Source: an uncultured delta proteobacterium
GTDB taxonomy: Bacteria > Myxococcota_A > Polyangia > Fen-1088
DNA length: 64,000 bases
Assembly: GCA_963737265.1 (NCBI GenBank)
Contig: CAVTRY010000011.1
Coordinates: 128,001-192,000, forward strand
Reading direction: 5' to 3'
This document shows, in pieces, positions 1 through 9,556 of the stretch. The translations under genes and the position numbers were made by a program. The notes under the pieces are model-generated. The model was not told the DNA's origin and searched no databases. It saw only the letters and a list, made by a program, of their open reading frames with translations. Within the stretch, counting starts at the first letter, position 1. The number at the start of each line of letters is the position of its first letter.

Positions 1-479
1 TCTTCGGCGCTTCCGGTGGCGTCATGGAGGCCGCCGTTCGCACCGCGCACTGGATGATCACGGGCAAGGAACTGCCCGGACTCGACGTTCAGCCGCTGCG
101 TGGTTTAGGCGGTGCCAAAGAACTAAAGGCCAACATCGGTGGCATCGAGGTGGGGGCGGCCGTGGTCAGCGGGCTCGCCAATGCCCGCGTGCTCATCGAG
201 CAGATTCGTGCCGGCCGCAAGGATCTTCACTTCATCGAAGTCATGACCTGTCCTGGTGGTTGCATCAACGGCGGCGGACAACCCCTACATTCAAACAAGG
301 ACGCGGTCCTGGCGCGCATGAAGAAGCTGTACAACCTGGACCAGAACGGCAGCCTACGCGTCAGCCACGACAACAAGTCAGTCAAACGCCTGTACGAAGA
401 ATTTCTCGGCGCGCCCCTCGGCGAAAAGAGCCACCATCTTCTGCACACGTATTACGTTGAGAGAGAGGTCTTGGTGTAA
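1..479 (+). CDS. hydA: [FeFe]-hydrogenase catalytic subunit, C-terminal part (5' truncated by window edge)
   Basis: Frame from nt 3 reads FGASGGVMEAAVRTA; canonical P3 motif EVMTCPGGCINGGGQP; small-subunit-like end SHDNKSVKRLYEEFLGAPLGEKSHHLLHT. Confidence 0.95.
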   Translation, partial: FGASGGVMEAAVRTAHWMITGKELPGLDVQPLRGLGGAKELKANIGGIEVGAAVVSGLANARVLIEQIRAGRKDLHFIEVMTCPGGCINGGGQPLHSNKDAVLARMKKLYNLDQNGSLRVSHDNKSVKRLYEEFLGAPLGEKSHHLLHTYYVEREVLV

Positions 480-481
480 CT

Positions 482-901
482 ATGAACGAAGCAAAGACAA
501 TTCTCGTTGTTGACGACGACCTCGACATCCTGGAACAGTACAGCCTGCTGCTGAAGGCGGACGGCTACAACGTCGTGCAAGCCAGCACCATGGCCGAGGC
601 GGAAGAAACCATCCTCACGGTGCGCCCGGATCTGGCCATTCTGGATTTGATGATGGATGAAAGGGACGCCGGCTTCGTGCTGTGCAACCAGTTCAAGCGC
701 ATGTATGCCGGCTTGCCCATCATCATCGTGTCGAACGTTACGCCCATCACGGGGCTCGACTTTCGGCCGCGCAGCCCGGAGGAACATTCGTGGGTGCGGG
801 CGGATGCGATGCTGAACAAGCCCATTGTCGCCGAGCGCCTGCTCAACGAGGTGCGCCGGCTACTCAACCAGGGCCAGTCCGTCGTCGCCGCCGCACACTA
901 G
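482..901 (+). CDS. Stand-alone response regulator receiver protein
   Basis: ILVVDDD, phospho-Asp in LAILDLMM, C-terminal NKP; no output domain; starts 3 nt after hydA stop. Confidence 0.92.
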   Translation: MNEAKTILVVDDDLDILEQYSLLLKADGYNVVQASTMAEAEETILTVRPDLAILDLMMDERDAGFVLCNQFKRMYAGLPIIIVSNVTPITGLDFRPRSPEEHSWVRADAMLNKPIVAERLLNEVRRLLNQGQSVVAAAH

Positions 902-959
902 CGTTCGGGGAGCGCGCGGTAGCTGACGTAGTGGGTGGTACAGCAGCCGGCATGCCAAG

Positions 960-3029
960 ATGGGAGTCTCCATGACCATCGCGCGGCCGAGATGCTTTAC
1001 CAAGACCGTGAAGGATCGCTGCCACGTCTGCTACACCTGCGTGCGTGGTTGTCCGGCCAAGGCCATCCGCATCCTGGATCGCCAGGCCGAGATCGTCGAG
1101 GATCGCTGTATCGGCTGCGGCAACTGCGTGCGGGTGTGCGGACGCGGCGCGAAGACTGTGGTCAACACCATTCCCGAGGTCGAGGCGCTGCTGGCCAGCC
1201 AGCCGCGCGTGGCGGCACTAGTCGCCCCCAGTTTTCCCGCGGAATTCCACGATCTGCTTGGGCACAAAGACGGGGACGTGTTGGTCGGGACGTTGGTCGG
1301 GATGTTGCGCAAGCTTGGCTTCGCTCTCGTCACCGAGGTCGGCTTCGGCGCCGACTTGGTCGCGCGGGGCTACCGAGAATTGCTCCACACCCGCGCGCCG
1401 GGACAACGCTATGTCGCCACCACCTGTCCTGCCGTGGTCGGCTATGTAGAGCGCTATTGGCCGGGGCTGGTCGACAATCTTGCGCCCATCGTCTCACCCA
1501 TGGTGGCCATGGCGAGAGTGTTGCGCGAAATCCACGGTCACGACCTGCGCACGGTTTTCATCGGTCCGTGCTTGGCCAAGAAAGTCGAAGCCAGCATGAG
1601 CGAGCTTGAAGGCGAAGTGGACGCGGTCATTACCTTCGCCGAGCTACGCACGATGTTCCTGTCCCACGGTATCGAGGCAGCCGCGGTCCCTCCGAGCGAC
1701 TTCGATCCGCCTCATCCCGGTACCGGCACGCTGTTCCCGCTTAACCGAGGATTGTTCCAGGCCGCGGGTATTAGCGAGGATCTGTCGACGACCGATGTGG
1801 TTGCCGCTCATGGCGGAACGTCGGCGTTTGTGACCGCTATCGAGGAATTCGCGAGTGGCGACCTTGACGCCGGTTTGGTCGAAATGCTGTGTTGCAATGG
1901 TTGTGTTTCGGGGCCAGGCATGACCGCGCACGAAAAGCCATTTCGCCGTCGGGCACGCGTGGCCACCTACGCCAACGATTCCAAGCGCAGGCGCGACGAG
2001 GACGAGTGGAAGCGGCAGATGACTCGATTCGCCGAGATCGACCTGTCGCGAACCTTTCACGCCTTCGACCAGCGGACAGCGACACCGTCCGAGGAAGAAA
2101 TTCGCACCATCTTGCGTGGCATGGGCAAGGAAGAACCAGCCGACGAGCTTGACTGCAAGGCGTGCGGGTACGCCACCTGCCGCGAACATGCGGTCGCCAT
2201 CTACCGCGGGTTGGCGGAAAGCCAGATGTGTCTGCCCTACGTCATCGATCAGTTCGACCATACGGTCAGGCAGTTGTCCGAATCGAACCAGCAACTCGAA
2301 AGCACGCAAGAACAGCTCATGCATTCCGAGCGCCTGGCCAGCATGGGCCAACTTGCCGCGGGCGTGGCCCATGAGCTCAACAATCCCCTTGGCGTGGTGT
2401 TACTCTACGCCCACCTGCTGCGCGATGAAGCCGGCGAGTCGTCGAACATGCGCAAAGAGCTGACCCTCATTAGTGATCAGGCCACGCGCTGCAAACGTAT
2501 CGTTTCCGATCTGCTCGATTTTGCGCGCGAGAACAAACTGCTTCTGGAGCCAATTGGCGTCGAAGAGCTAATCAAAAGAAGCCTGGCGGGCCTTCTCGTG
2601 CCACCGTCGATCAAGACCGTTTTCGAGTTTGGTCACGCGCATCCAGAATGCGAGGTCGATCCGGCCCAAATGATCCAAGTCCTCACCAACCTCTACAGCA
2701 ATGCCTTCGCGGCCATGTCCGACGAAGGGACGCTCACCATCGCAACCCACGAGGAAGGGGAGCGATTGGTGATCAGCGTGGCCGACACGGGCACCGGAAT
2801 CACCCCCGAGAACATGAAACACATCTTTCAGCCGTTCTTCACCACCAAGCAGATCGGCAAGGGCACCGGCCTCGGCCTGGCCGTGGTGTACGGCATCGTG
2901 AAGATGCATCGGGGCGACATCAGCATCGAATCCAACGCCGATCCCACCCGCGGTCCGACCTGGACGCGCTTCAAGGTGTCGTTCCCGCACAACCCGGCGA
3001 TGAACAATGCCGAGGCGAGACTGGGCTGA
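960..3029 (+). CDS. Sensory (group C type) [FeFe]-hydrogenase fused to a histidine kinase
   Basis: 2x[4Fe-4S] (CHVCYTCVRGCP, CIGCGNCVRVC); variant H-cluster motifs ATTCP, GPCLAKKVEA, EMLCCNGCVSGPG; FeS domain DCKACGYATC...CLP; coiled coil; HisKA AHELNNPL; HATPase DTGTGI, FFTTK, GTGLGL. Confidence 0.92.
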   Translation: MGVSMTIARPRCFTKTVKDRCHVCYTCVRGCPAKAIRILDRQAEIVEDRCIGCGNCVRVCGRGAKTVVNTIPEVEALLASQPRVAALVAPSFPAEFHDLLGHKDGDVLVGTLVGMLRKLGFALVTEVGFGADLVARGYRELLHTRAPGQRYVATTCPAVVGYVERYWPGLVDNLAPIVSPMVAMARVLREIHGHDLRTVFIGPCLAKKVEASMSELEGEVDAVITFAELRTMFLSHGIEAAAVPPSDFDPPHPGTGTLFPLNRGLFQAAGISEDLSTTDVVAAHGGTSAFVTAIEEFASGDLDAGLVEMLCCNGCVSGPGMTAHEKPFRRRARVATYANDSKRRRDEDEWKRQMTRFAEIDLSRTFHAFDQRTATPSEEEIRTILRGMGKEEPADELDCKACGYATCREHAVAIYRGLAESQMCLPYVIDQFDHTVRQLSESNQQLESTQEQLMHSERLASMGQLAAGVAHELNNPLGVVLLYAHLLRDEAGESSNMRKELTLISDQATRCKRIVSDLLDFARENKLLLEPIGVEELIKRSLAGLLVPPSIKTVFEFGHAHPECEVDPAQMIQVLTNLYSNAFAAMSDEGTLTIATHEEGERLVISVADTGTGITPENMKHIFQPFFTTKQIGKGTGLGLAVVYGIVKMHRGDISIESNADPTRGPTWTRFKVSFPHNPAMNNAEARLG

Positions 3030-4174
3030 TGGGCGAGCGGCTGCGCATCCTCGTCACCGACGATGAAGAAGGAATTCGTTTGGGCGTGGCGCGCGTACTT
3101 GAGAAGTTCGTCGCGAGCTTTCCCGACATTGATGCCGAGATCGCCTACGACATCGAGACCGCGGCCAGCGGCGAGGACGCGGTCGAGCGTCTGCGCGACG
3201 CGCCACCCGACATCCTGCTTCTCGATCTGAAACTGCCCGGCATGGGTGGGCTCGATGTCCTACGCGAAGCCCGCGCCCTCGATCCGCCGGTGCTCACCGT
3301 TATGATCACCGCCTTCGCCTCGGTGACTACCGCGGTCGAGGCCACGCGGGGTGGAACCTTCGATTTTCTGCCCAAGCCGTTCACGCCGAACGAAATCCGC
3401 GGCGTCGTCCGCCGCGCCACGCGCGACCTCGTCCTCAGCCGCCAGGCTCGGAAATTGGCGACCGAGCAACGTCGCACGCGTTTTGAAATCATCAGCGTGC
3501 TCGCGCATGAGCTGAAGGCGCCGCTCGGCGTGGTCGAAGGATACTTGGCGTCAATTCTCGATGGCGTGGTTTCCGACGAGGCCACGTTGCGCCGGGTGGT
3601 CAGCCGCTCGATTGCCAGAATTCAAGGTATGCGCCAGCTCATCTTCGATTTGCTCGACGTGACCCGGCTAGAAGCCGGGATGAAGGCGCGGGTGTTGGAG
3701 CCGGTGCAGCTGGCTGAAGTCGCGCGCGAGTGCATGGATGCGTTGCGAACGCAGGCTGAAGCCAAGAAGGTGTCGATGGAGCTGGGCGGCGCTGCCGACG
3801 TCGAGCTGGTCGCGGTCCGGGGCGAGGTGGAGATCGTGCTCAACAACCTGCTGACCAACGCCATCAAGTACAACCGCGAAGGCGGCAGCGTGCGCGTCGA
3901 CTTGAATCGACACGACGATCACGTCGAGATCGCCGTGCGCGACACCGGCATCGGTCTTTCGCACGAAGAGGCGGGCAAGGTGTTCAATGATTTCGTGCGC
4001 ATCAAGAACAGCAAGACGCGCGGGATCGAAGGATCGGGGCTAGGATTGGCCACGGTCAAGCGCATCGCGGGCATGTATCATGGCGTGGCCACGGTAAGCT
4101 CGGAGCCGGACCAAGGAAGCACCTTCATCGTTACCCTCAAGGCCGCAGCGCCAGAAAAGATCGCGCAACCATGA
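3029..4174 (+). CDS. Hybrid response regulator / histidine kinase (REC-HisKA-HATPase)
   Basis: ATG overlaps upstream stop (TGATG); ILVTDDE, LLLDLKLP, FLPKP; AHELKAPL; NLLTNAIKY, DTGIG, GSGLGL. Confidence 0.92.
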   Translation: MGERLRILVTDDEEGIRLGVARVLEKFVASFPDIDAEIAYDIETAASGEDAVERLRDAPPDILLLDLKLPGMGGLDVLREARALDPPVLTVMITAFASVTTAVEATRGGTFDFLPKPFTPNEIRGVVRRATRDLVLSRQARKLATEQRRTRFEIISVLAHELKAPLGVVEGYLASILDGVVSDEATLRRVVSRSIARIQGMRQLIFDLLDVTRLEAGMKARVLEPVQLAEVARECMDALRTQAEAKKVSMELGGAADVELVAVRGEVEIVLNNLLTNAIKYNREGGSVRVDLNRHDDHVEIAVRDTGIGLSHEEAGKVFNDFVRIKNSKTRGIEGSGLGLATVKRIAGMYHGVATVSSEPDQGSTFIVTLKAAAPEKIAQP

Positions 4175-4434
4175 AAGATCACCGCATCGTTGGAATTCAC
4201 GTCACCGATCGCGCCACCCACGCGGGCGAGGTGCAACAGATCCTGAGCAAATACGCAAAGAACATCCGCACCCGTCTCGGTCTGCACGAGACGAACGAAG
4301 ACGCCGCATCGCCGAATGGCCTCATCCTCATCGAGGCCGTCGGCAGCAACAAAGAGATTGACGAGCTTTCTGACGAGCTGCGCCGCCTGAAAGGCGTCCA
4401 GGTGCAGAGCATGTTCTTTTCCCATCCCGAATAG
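4171..4434 (+). CDS. TM1266-like iron-only hydrogenase system putative regulator (ACT-like)
   Basis: 87 aa; VQQILSKYAKNIRTRLGLH motif; ATGA overlap with upstream gene; hydrogenase context. Confidence 0.75.
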   Translation: MKDHRIVGIHVTDRATHAGEVQQILSKYAKNIRTRLGLHETNEDAASPNGLILIEAVGSNKEIDELSDELRRLKGVQVQSMFFSHPE

Positions 4435-4445
4435 CTAAGTTAGGG

Positions 4446-4985
4446 TTAGAAGAGAAGGATCGCGCCTTCCTTGAGGGCCGACTCGGTTTCGTCGGATCGA
4501 CTTTCCGCGAGCCGGAAGTTAGGCTTGACGTCAAGTTCGAGCCAGCATTCGAGGACCATGCCGTCGACGGCAAATAGGATCGGAGACCAAGCGGCCTGAC
4601 AGATGGACGCAAGGTCCAGTAGCTCGGCCAGTGCGCTCAACGGCACGCCGAATTTCACCCTCGCTCCATACGCCGCCAACCGGTTGCGAAAGCGCCCGAC
4701 AGCTTGATTGACCATCTCGCACGCCCAGTCGTCCAGGTCGCGCGGAATCGCACTCGGTTGCAAGGGATGAAGTCGAGAAAACAACTCACTCGGCGCCGCG
4801 AGAGTGAGCGAGCCCCGTACTTCCTCGTTGCCGAACGAGGAGAATGCGGCGGTGCCATCACCGATGGGTCGCGGCGGGCGTGACCCCGTAAGCCTCACGG
4901 CCTGGACTCCCAAGTCGCTGAGCATCTCCGCCGCGCAGTCCGAGAATATCTCAGCCAGTCGCGTTTCGCTGGACTCGACGGGCAT
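4446..4985 (-). CDS. CheX-like chemotaxis phosphatase
   Basis: DDWACEMVNQAVG (ExxN motif) and VKFGVP; GAGGTG RBS before ATG at 4985. Confidence 0.72.
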   Translation of the reverse strand: MPVESSETRLAEIFSDCAAEMLSDLGVQAVRLTGSRPPRPIGDGTAAFSSFGNEEVRGSLTLAAPSELFSRLHPLQPSAIPRDLDDWACEMVNQAVGRFRNRLAAYGARVKFGVPLSALAELLDLASICQAAWSPILFAVDGMVLECWLELDVKPNFRLAESRSDETESALKEGAILLF

Positions 4986-5252
4986 TACCACCTCTGCAGG
5001 GATAGGTCGGCGGGAACGGAGCTCCACTTGAGAACCCAATGCGGATCGGAAAGTCGCCGCGCGCCGCGGCCCCAAGAGTTCGCGTCTGGCCCCAGAAAAA
5101 ACGCCGAGTCTGTCTCTGGTGCGTGCGGATAATGCATGGAGACCATGCTGTTCGGCCATGTTGGGCGAAGAGGTGGATCGGCCGCGTTCCGTTGCACCGA
5201 GTATCGATCATCTCCAAGGCAGCCCGTCAGCACCATGCGTAGCCGCGCGCCG

Positions 5253-5777
5253 CTATCCCCAGCGTTCGCCCGCGAAATACAGCCCGGCGAAGACCTTGGC
5301 CGCGATAATCAGACCTTTTTGCTCCTGATCTCGTAGCCAGTTGCGGACCTCGTCGAGAGGGATCTCGTGCACGACGATGGCCTCGTTGTCGATGCCGCCG
5401 CCCGGACCGACGCGTTCGAGATTCCAGGCAAGGACGATGTGAACCAACTCGTTGGCCATGCCGGGTGAGGTCGCCGTGCTGGCCACCAGCTCCAGATTGC
5501 GCGCCGAAAAGCCGGTCTCCTCGACCAACTCGCGGCCAGCGGCAACCAGCGGGCCCTCGTCCTGCTGGCCGGCTTCATCGCCGATGAGGCCGGCCGGAAA
5601 TTCGATGACCTTGCGGCCAAGGGGGATGCGGAACTGCTCGACCAATACCAGGCGGCGCTCGGCGGTCAGCGGCACGATGCTGACCACGCCCTTGGAATTG
5701 GGCCGCTCGACGAAGAACCAGCCCGAGCGCTCGATCATGCGCAGAAAACGCGTGTCGGCGAGAATGCGATCGGCCAT
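5253..5777 (-). CDS. NUDIX hydrolase (ADP-ribose pyrophosphatase-like)
   Basis: EQFRIP, EFPAGLIG...AAGRELVEETG Nudix box, SPG. Confidence 0.9.
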   Translation of the reverse strand: MADRILADTRFLRMIERSGWFFVERPNSKGVVSIVPLTAERRLVLVEQFRIPLGRKVIEFPAGLIGDEAGQQDEGPLVAAGRELVEETGFSARNLELVASTATSPGMANELVHIVLAWNLERVGPGGGIDNEAIVVHEIPLDEVRNWLRDQEQKGLIIAAKVFAGLYFAGERWG

Positions 5778-5789
5778 GACTGGCGCCGC

Positions 5790-6701
5790 CTAGCGACCCA
5801 ATTCTTCGTCGATCCAGTCGCGCAGACTGGCGATATCGAGCGGGTCGTTGTACTTGCGTCCGTTGATGTAGACGGTAGGCGTGGCGTTGATGCCAAGGTC
5901 GCTGCCCTCGGACTTGTCCTGTTCGACGCGCGCCTTGACGTCTTCGGCGTCCAGGTCGAGGCGCCAGCGCTTGACGTCAAGGCCGCCATCTTTGGCTGCC
6001 TTTTCCATTCCGGCGGGGGTCAGGTTTTCCGAAATGGCCCAAATCTTCTCGTTGAAAGGCCAGAACTTGCCCTGTTTGTGCGCAGCCACCGCCCCCTCGG
6101 CGGCAAGGCGGGCGTTGGGGTGGGAGCTGAGAGGGTAGTGCTTGAAATACACCTTCAGGTCGTTCGGGTATTCGTCCACCAGCTGGCGTATCAGGGTCTG
6201 GGCGTGTTTGCAGTGCGGGCACTCGTAGTCGACGAATTCCACGATGGAAACACGGCCGGATGTCGCGCCCTTGCTGGGGGCCGCTGACACGTCGAGGTTG
6301 GTAACGCGTCGCGTGCGAAATCGCTTTTCCAGCTTTTCTCCAATCTCGGAGTCGGTGAATCCGGAATCGACAAGGTGCGCGACGTAGCGGACAGCGTAGA
6401 ACGACGCGCGGCATGCGCCGTCGTGCTTGACGGAATAGATGAGACTGTGACCCTTGCCGCAGGCCGAGGGCTCGCTGTTGACGATCCGGTAGAAGACCTT
6501 GCGTTCGAACTCGTCCAGCTTGCCGAGGTCGATGCCGGGCGGCGGTGTGTTGTCCTCGCCCGAGGGAGCGCTGGCCTTTTCGCTCGGAAGGGCCGGCGCG
6601 GCCTGGGCCGAATGGATTGGGCTGTGCCCGGACCATGCGCATGCGGCGATGAATACCGTTGTCGAGAGGAGCCATCGGCGCGTTCGTGAGGACATCATCA
6701 A
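5790..6701 (-). CDS. Exported DsbA-family thiol-disulfide oxidoreductase
   Basis: Signal peptide; EFVDYECPHC; FKHYPL; GINATPTVYING (cis-Pro loop). Confidence 0.88.
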   Translation of the reverse strand: MMMSSRTRRWLLSTTVFIAACAWSGHSPIHSAQAAPALPSEKASAPSGEDNTPPPGIDLGKLDEFERKVFYRIVNSEPSACGKGHSLIYSVKHDGACRASFYAVRYVAHLVDSGFTDSEIGEKLEKRFRTRRVTNLDVSAAPSKGATSGRVSIVEFVDYECPHCKHAQTLIRQLVDEYPNDLKVYFKHYPLSSHPNARLAAEGAVAAHKQGKFWPFNEKIWAISENLTPAGMEKAAKDGGLDVKRWRLDLDAEDVKARVEQDKSEGSDLGINATPTVYINGRKYNDPLDIASLRDWIDEELGR

Positions 6702-6756
6702 GGCACAGATTAGGAACCCGAACGCTTTTAGTCAAACCGTGAACGCAACTCCTCAT

Positions 6757-6785
6757 TTGACGTCGCGACATCCACCGGACAGTAT
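6757..6785 (+). promoter_or_regulatory. Possible sigma70 promoter for nuo operon
   Basis: TTGACG-N17-CAGTAT, 31 nt upstream of nuoA. Confidence 0.35.
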
Positions 6786-6816
6786 GTAGCACCGTCGAAC
6801 ACAACGGGCCGAAAGC

Positions 6817-7218
6817 ATGGGTTCTGACTACATCGCCGTCGCACTCGCCATCCTCGTCAGCGGGGGTGTAGCCCTTCAGTTTCTGGCGCTGGCGAAATTT
6901 CTTGGCGAGCGGCGCTACAGCGCGGCCAAGAACATTACCTATGAGGCAGGGTCAGATCCGGTCGGCGATCCGCGCGCCCACTTTCCGGTCCGCTTCTACC
7001 CGCTCGCCATCCTTTTCGTGGTGTTCGACATCGAAACCGCGTTTCTCTATCCCTGGGCCGTCAACTACCGACAGCTTTCGTGCGCCGGCACCCTGCGTGC
7101 AGGGGTGTGCGCGGCCGGCACTTCCATGATCGGGCTCGGAGCCGCGGCGGCCTTCATGGTGATTCTGCTCGTCGCCCTTGTCTACGCGTGGCGAAGGGGC
7201 GTCATTGGCTGGGGCTAG
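6817..7218 (+). CDS. nuoA: NADH-quinone oxidoreductase subunit A
   Basis: YEAG, RFYPLAILFVVFDIETAFLYPWA, YAWRRG. Confidence 0.95.
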   Translation: MGSDYIAVALAILVSGGVALQFLALAKFLGERRYSAAKNITYEAGSDPVGDPRAHFPVRFYPLAILFVVFDIETAFLYPWAVNYRQLSCAGTLRAGVCAAGTSMIGLGAAAAFMVILLVALVYAWRRGVIGWG

Positions 7219-7224
7219 CCAAAC

Positions 7225-7761
7225 ATGCCACTGACATTTTACAGCTCGAAGCTTGCCGACGCCGTCAACTGGGCGCGCAAGTATTCACTCTTCCAGTATC
7301 CCTTCGTCACCGCGTGCTGCGGAATGGAGTTCATGGCCTTGTGGGCGCCCAAGTACGATATCGGACGATTTGGCGCCGAATTTCCGCGGTTTTCGCCGCG
7401 GCAGGCCGATTTGCTCATCATCGTGGGTACCATCACCGAACGTCAGGCGCCGGTTCTTCGTCGCATCTACGACCAGATGTGCGAGCCCAAGTGGGTGATT
7501 GCCTTCGGGGTGTGTGCGTCGACCGGCGGCTTCTATCAGAACTACTCGGTCATGCCGGGCGCGGATCAGGTGATCCCAGTGGACGTGTACGTGCCTGGCT
7601 GTCCGCCCCGGCCCGAACAGGCACTCGATGCCCTGATGATCCTGCAGGACCGTATCCAGCGCGGGGAAGGTCACAGCCAGGTCGCGCTGAAACAGGAGAA
7701 GGGCTTTGACGTGCCCCTGGCGTCGATTCGGCCATCCCAGCGACATGGGGGAGGGGCCTAA
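7225..7761 (+). CDS. nuoB: NADH-quinone oxidoreductase subunit B
   Basis: TACCGMEF, SPRQAD, GVCASTGG, DVYVPGCPPRPE. Confidence 0.96.
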   Translation: MPLTFYSSKLADAVNWARKYSLFQYPFVTACCGMEFMALWAPKYDIGRFGAEFPRFSPRQADLLIIVGTITERQAPVLRRIYDQMCEPKWVIAFGVCASTGGFYQNYSVMPGADQVIPVDVYVPGCPPRPEQALDALMILQDRIQRGEGHSQVALKQEKGFDVPLASIRPSQRHGGGA

Positions 7762-7781
7762 ACGCACGGGCCCAAACAACG

Positions 7782-8273
7782 ATGGCCAAGATTATCCTCG
7801 ACAGACTGAATGAGCGCTTCGCCGCCGGCGGCCTGCTAGAAACGGGCTCGCAGCACGGCAACGAGTGGGCGCGGGTGGCTCCGGATGCATGGCGCGTGGT
7901 GGCCGAGTTTCTGCGTGACGATCCGCAGGCGCGTATGGACATGTTCGTGGATTTGACGTGCGTGGACCGTCTACCACGGCAGCCCCGTTTCGATGTCGTC
8001 CTCCATCTCTACTCGCTTGAGAAGAAGCACCGGGTCCGCCTGTACGCCGGGCTTTCGGACAAAGACCCGACCTTAGCCAGCCTGGTTCCGGTATGGCCGG
8101 GCGCCAACTGGTTCGAGCGCGAGGCCTACGACATGTACGGCGTGCGTTTCGATGGGCACCCCGATTTGCGGCGTATTTTGATGTACCCGGAATTTCAGGG
8201 CTACCCATTGCGCAAAGACTATCCCAAGGAAAAGCGCCAGCCGCTCTTGCGTCGTCTTCCGGGGAGCGTGTGA
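7782..8273 (+). CDS. nuoC: NADH-quinone oxidoreductase subunit C
   Basis: ANWFEREAYDMYGVRFDGHPDLRRILM, PLRKDYP. Confidence 0.95.
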   Translation: MAKIILDRLNERFAAGGLLETGSQHGNEWARVAPDAWRVVAEFLRDDPQARMDMFVDLTCVDRLPRQPRFDVVLHLYSLEKKHRVRLYAGLSDKDPTLASLVPVWPGANWFEREAYDMYGVRFDGHPDLRRILMYPEFQGYPLRKDYPKEKRQPLLRRLPGSV

Positions 8274-8275
8274 CC

Positions 8276-9556
8276 ATGGCGGCGGACGCCACATCATCAT
8301 CCCCGCAGCCCGAGCTTCGCCGCCGCATCGTTTTGGGCGAGGCGGACATTTCGGACTTCGACGAAGGTGAAGGCCAGGAGCTGCCCACCGAGGTCATGCC
8401 GCTTCAGATGGGGCCGTCGCATCCAGCCATGCACGGCACGGTTCGCATGGTGCTCGAAGTGGAGGGCGAGAAAATCAAAACCGCCGACATCCAGATTGGC
8501 TACCTGCATCGCTGCTTCGAGAAGGAAGCCGAGAACGCCACCTGGACGCAGATCTTTCCCTACACGGACCGGCTCAACTACGTCTCGCCCATGCTCAACA
8601 ACGTGGGCTACGCCATCGCGGTGGAAAAGCTCATGGGGATCGATGGCAAGATCCCCGAGCGGGCGCAGTATATCCGCGTGATCGTCGGCGAGATCTCGCG
8701 CATCACCGATCACCTGACGTGTCTTGGCGCCGGCGCGATGGAACTCGGCTCGTTCACCGTTTTCTTCTACCTCATCAAGGCGCGTGAATGGTTGTGGGAA
8801 CTTTTGGAAGAGGTGTCGGGCGCGCGTCTGACCCACAGCTACGTCCGCATTGGCGGCGTGGTCGCCGATCTTCCGGCGGGCTGGCCGGCCAGGTTGCGCG
8901 AAGTCTTGGCCAAGGCGCGTGTCGCACTTGCGGACGCGGACAAGCTGCTTACGCGCAACAAGATTTTTCGCGACCGCATGGATGGCGTCGGCATCATCAA
9001 TAGGGCGGACGCGGCGGGATGGGGCCTGACCGGCCCCGTGGCGCGTTCGACCGGGCTCGCCTACGACGTGCGCAAGGATCATCCCTATTTGGTTTATGAC
9101 CAGCTTGATTTCGACGTGCCGGTCGGCTCGACCGGCGACAACTTCGACCGGTATGCCGTCCGCCTGGAGGAGATCTTCCAATCGATGCGTATTCTCGAAC
9201 AGGCGCTGACCAAGATTCCCGACGGCCCCGTGATCGTCGACGATGCGCGCGTCGCGCTGCCGGCAAAACGGGAAACCTACAACACCATCGAGGCCATGAT
9301 CGCGCACTTCAAGCTGGTCATGGACGGCCTGCACGTTCCGGCCGGCGAGGTGTACTCGTTCACCGAGGGCGGCAACGGCGAGCTCGGCTTCTATATCGTA
9401 TCGAATGGGACCGGCCAGCCGTGGAAGTGCAGGGTGCGGCCGCCGTGTTTTGCCAACCTAGCGATTCTGAATAAGGTCCTTCTTGGTCTGTTTATTGCCG
9501 ACGTGGTGCCGACCTTCGGCATGATCAACATGATCGGTGGCGAGTGTGATCGCTAG
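8276..9556 (+). CDS. nuoD: NADH-quinone oxidoreductase subunit D
   Basis: MGPSHPAMHGTVR, GYLHRCFEK, YTDRLNY, GGECDR; ATG at 8276. Confidence 0.96.
   Translation: MAADATSSSPQPELRRRIVLGEADISDFDEGEGQELPTEVMPLQMGPSHPAMHGTVRMVLEVEGEKIKTADIQIGYLHRCFEKEAENATWTQIFPYTDRLNYVSPMLNNVGYAIAVEKLMGIDGKIPERAQYIRVIVGEISRITDHLTCLGAGAMELGSFTVFFYLIKAREWLWELLEEVSGARLTHSYVRIGGVVADLPAGWPARLREVLAKARVALADADKLLTRNKIFRDRMDGVGIINRADAAGWGLTGPVARSTGLAYDVRKDHPYLVYDQLDFDVPVGSTGDNFDRYAVRLEEIFQSMRILEQALTKIPDGPVIVDDARVALPAKRETYNTIEAMIAHFKLVMDGLHVPAGEVYSFTEGGNGELGFYIVSNGTGQPWKCRVRPPCFANLAILNKVLLGLFIADVVPTFGMINMIGGECDR

Noticed and set aside
2648-3028. N-terminal 127-aa extension of the hybrid kinase ORF
   Set aside because: Overlaps the upstream kinase; true start is the TGATG-coupled ATG at 3029
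4990-5250. Intergenic region between cheX-like and NUDIX genes as riboswitch or small ORF
   Set aside because: No recognisable aptamer, RBS or convincing hairpin
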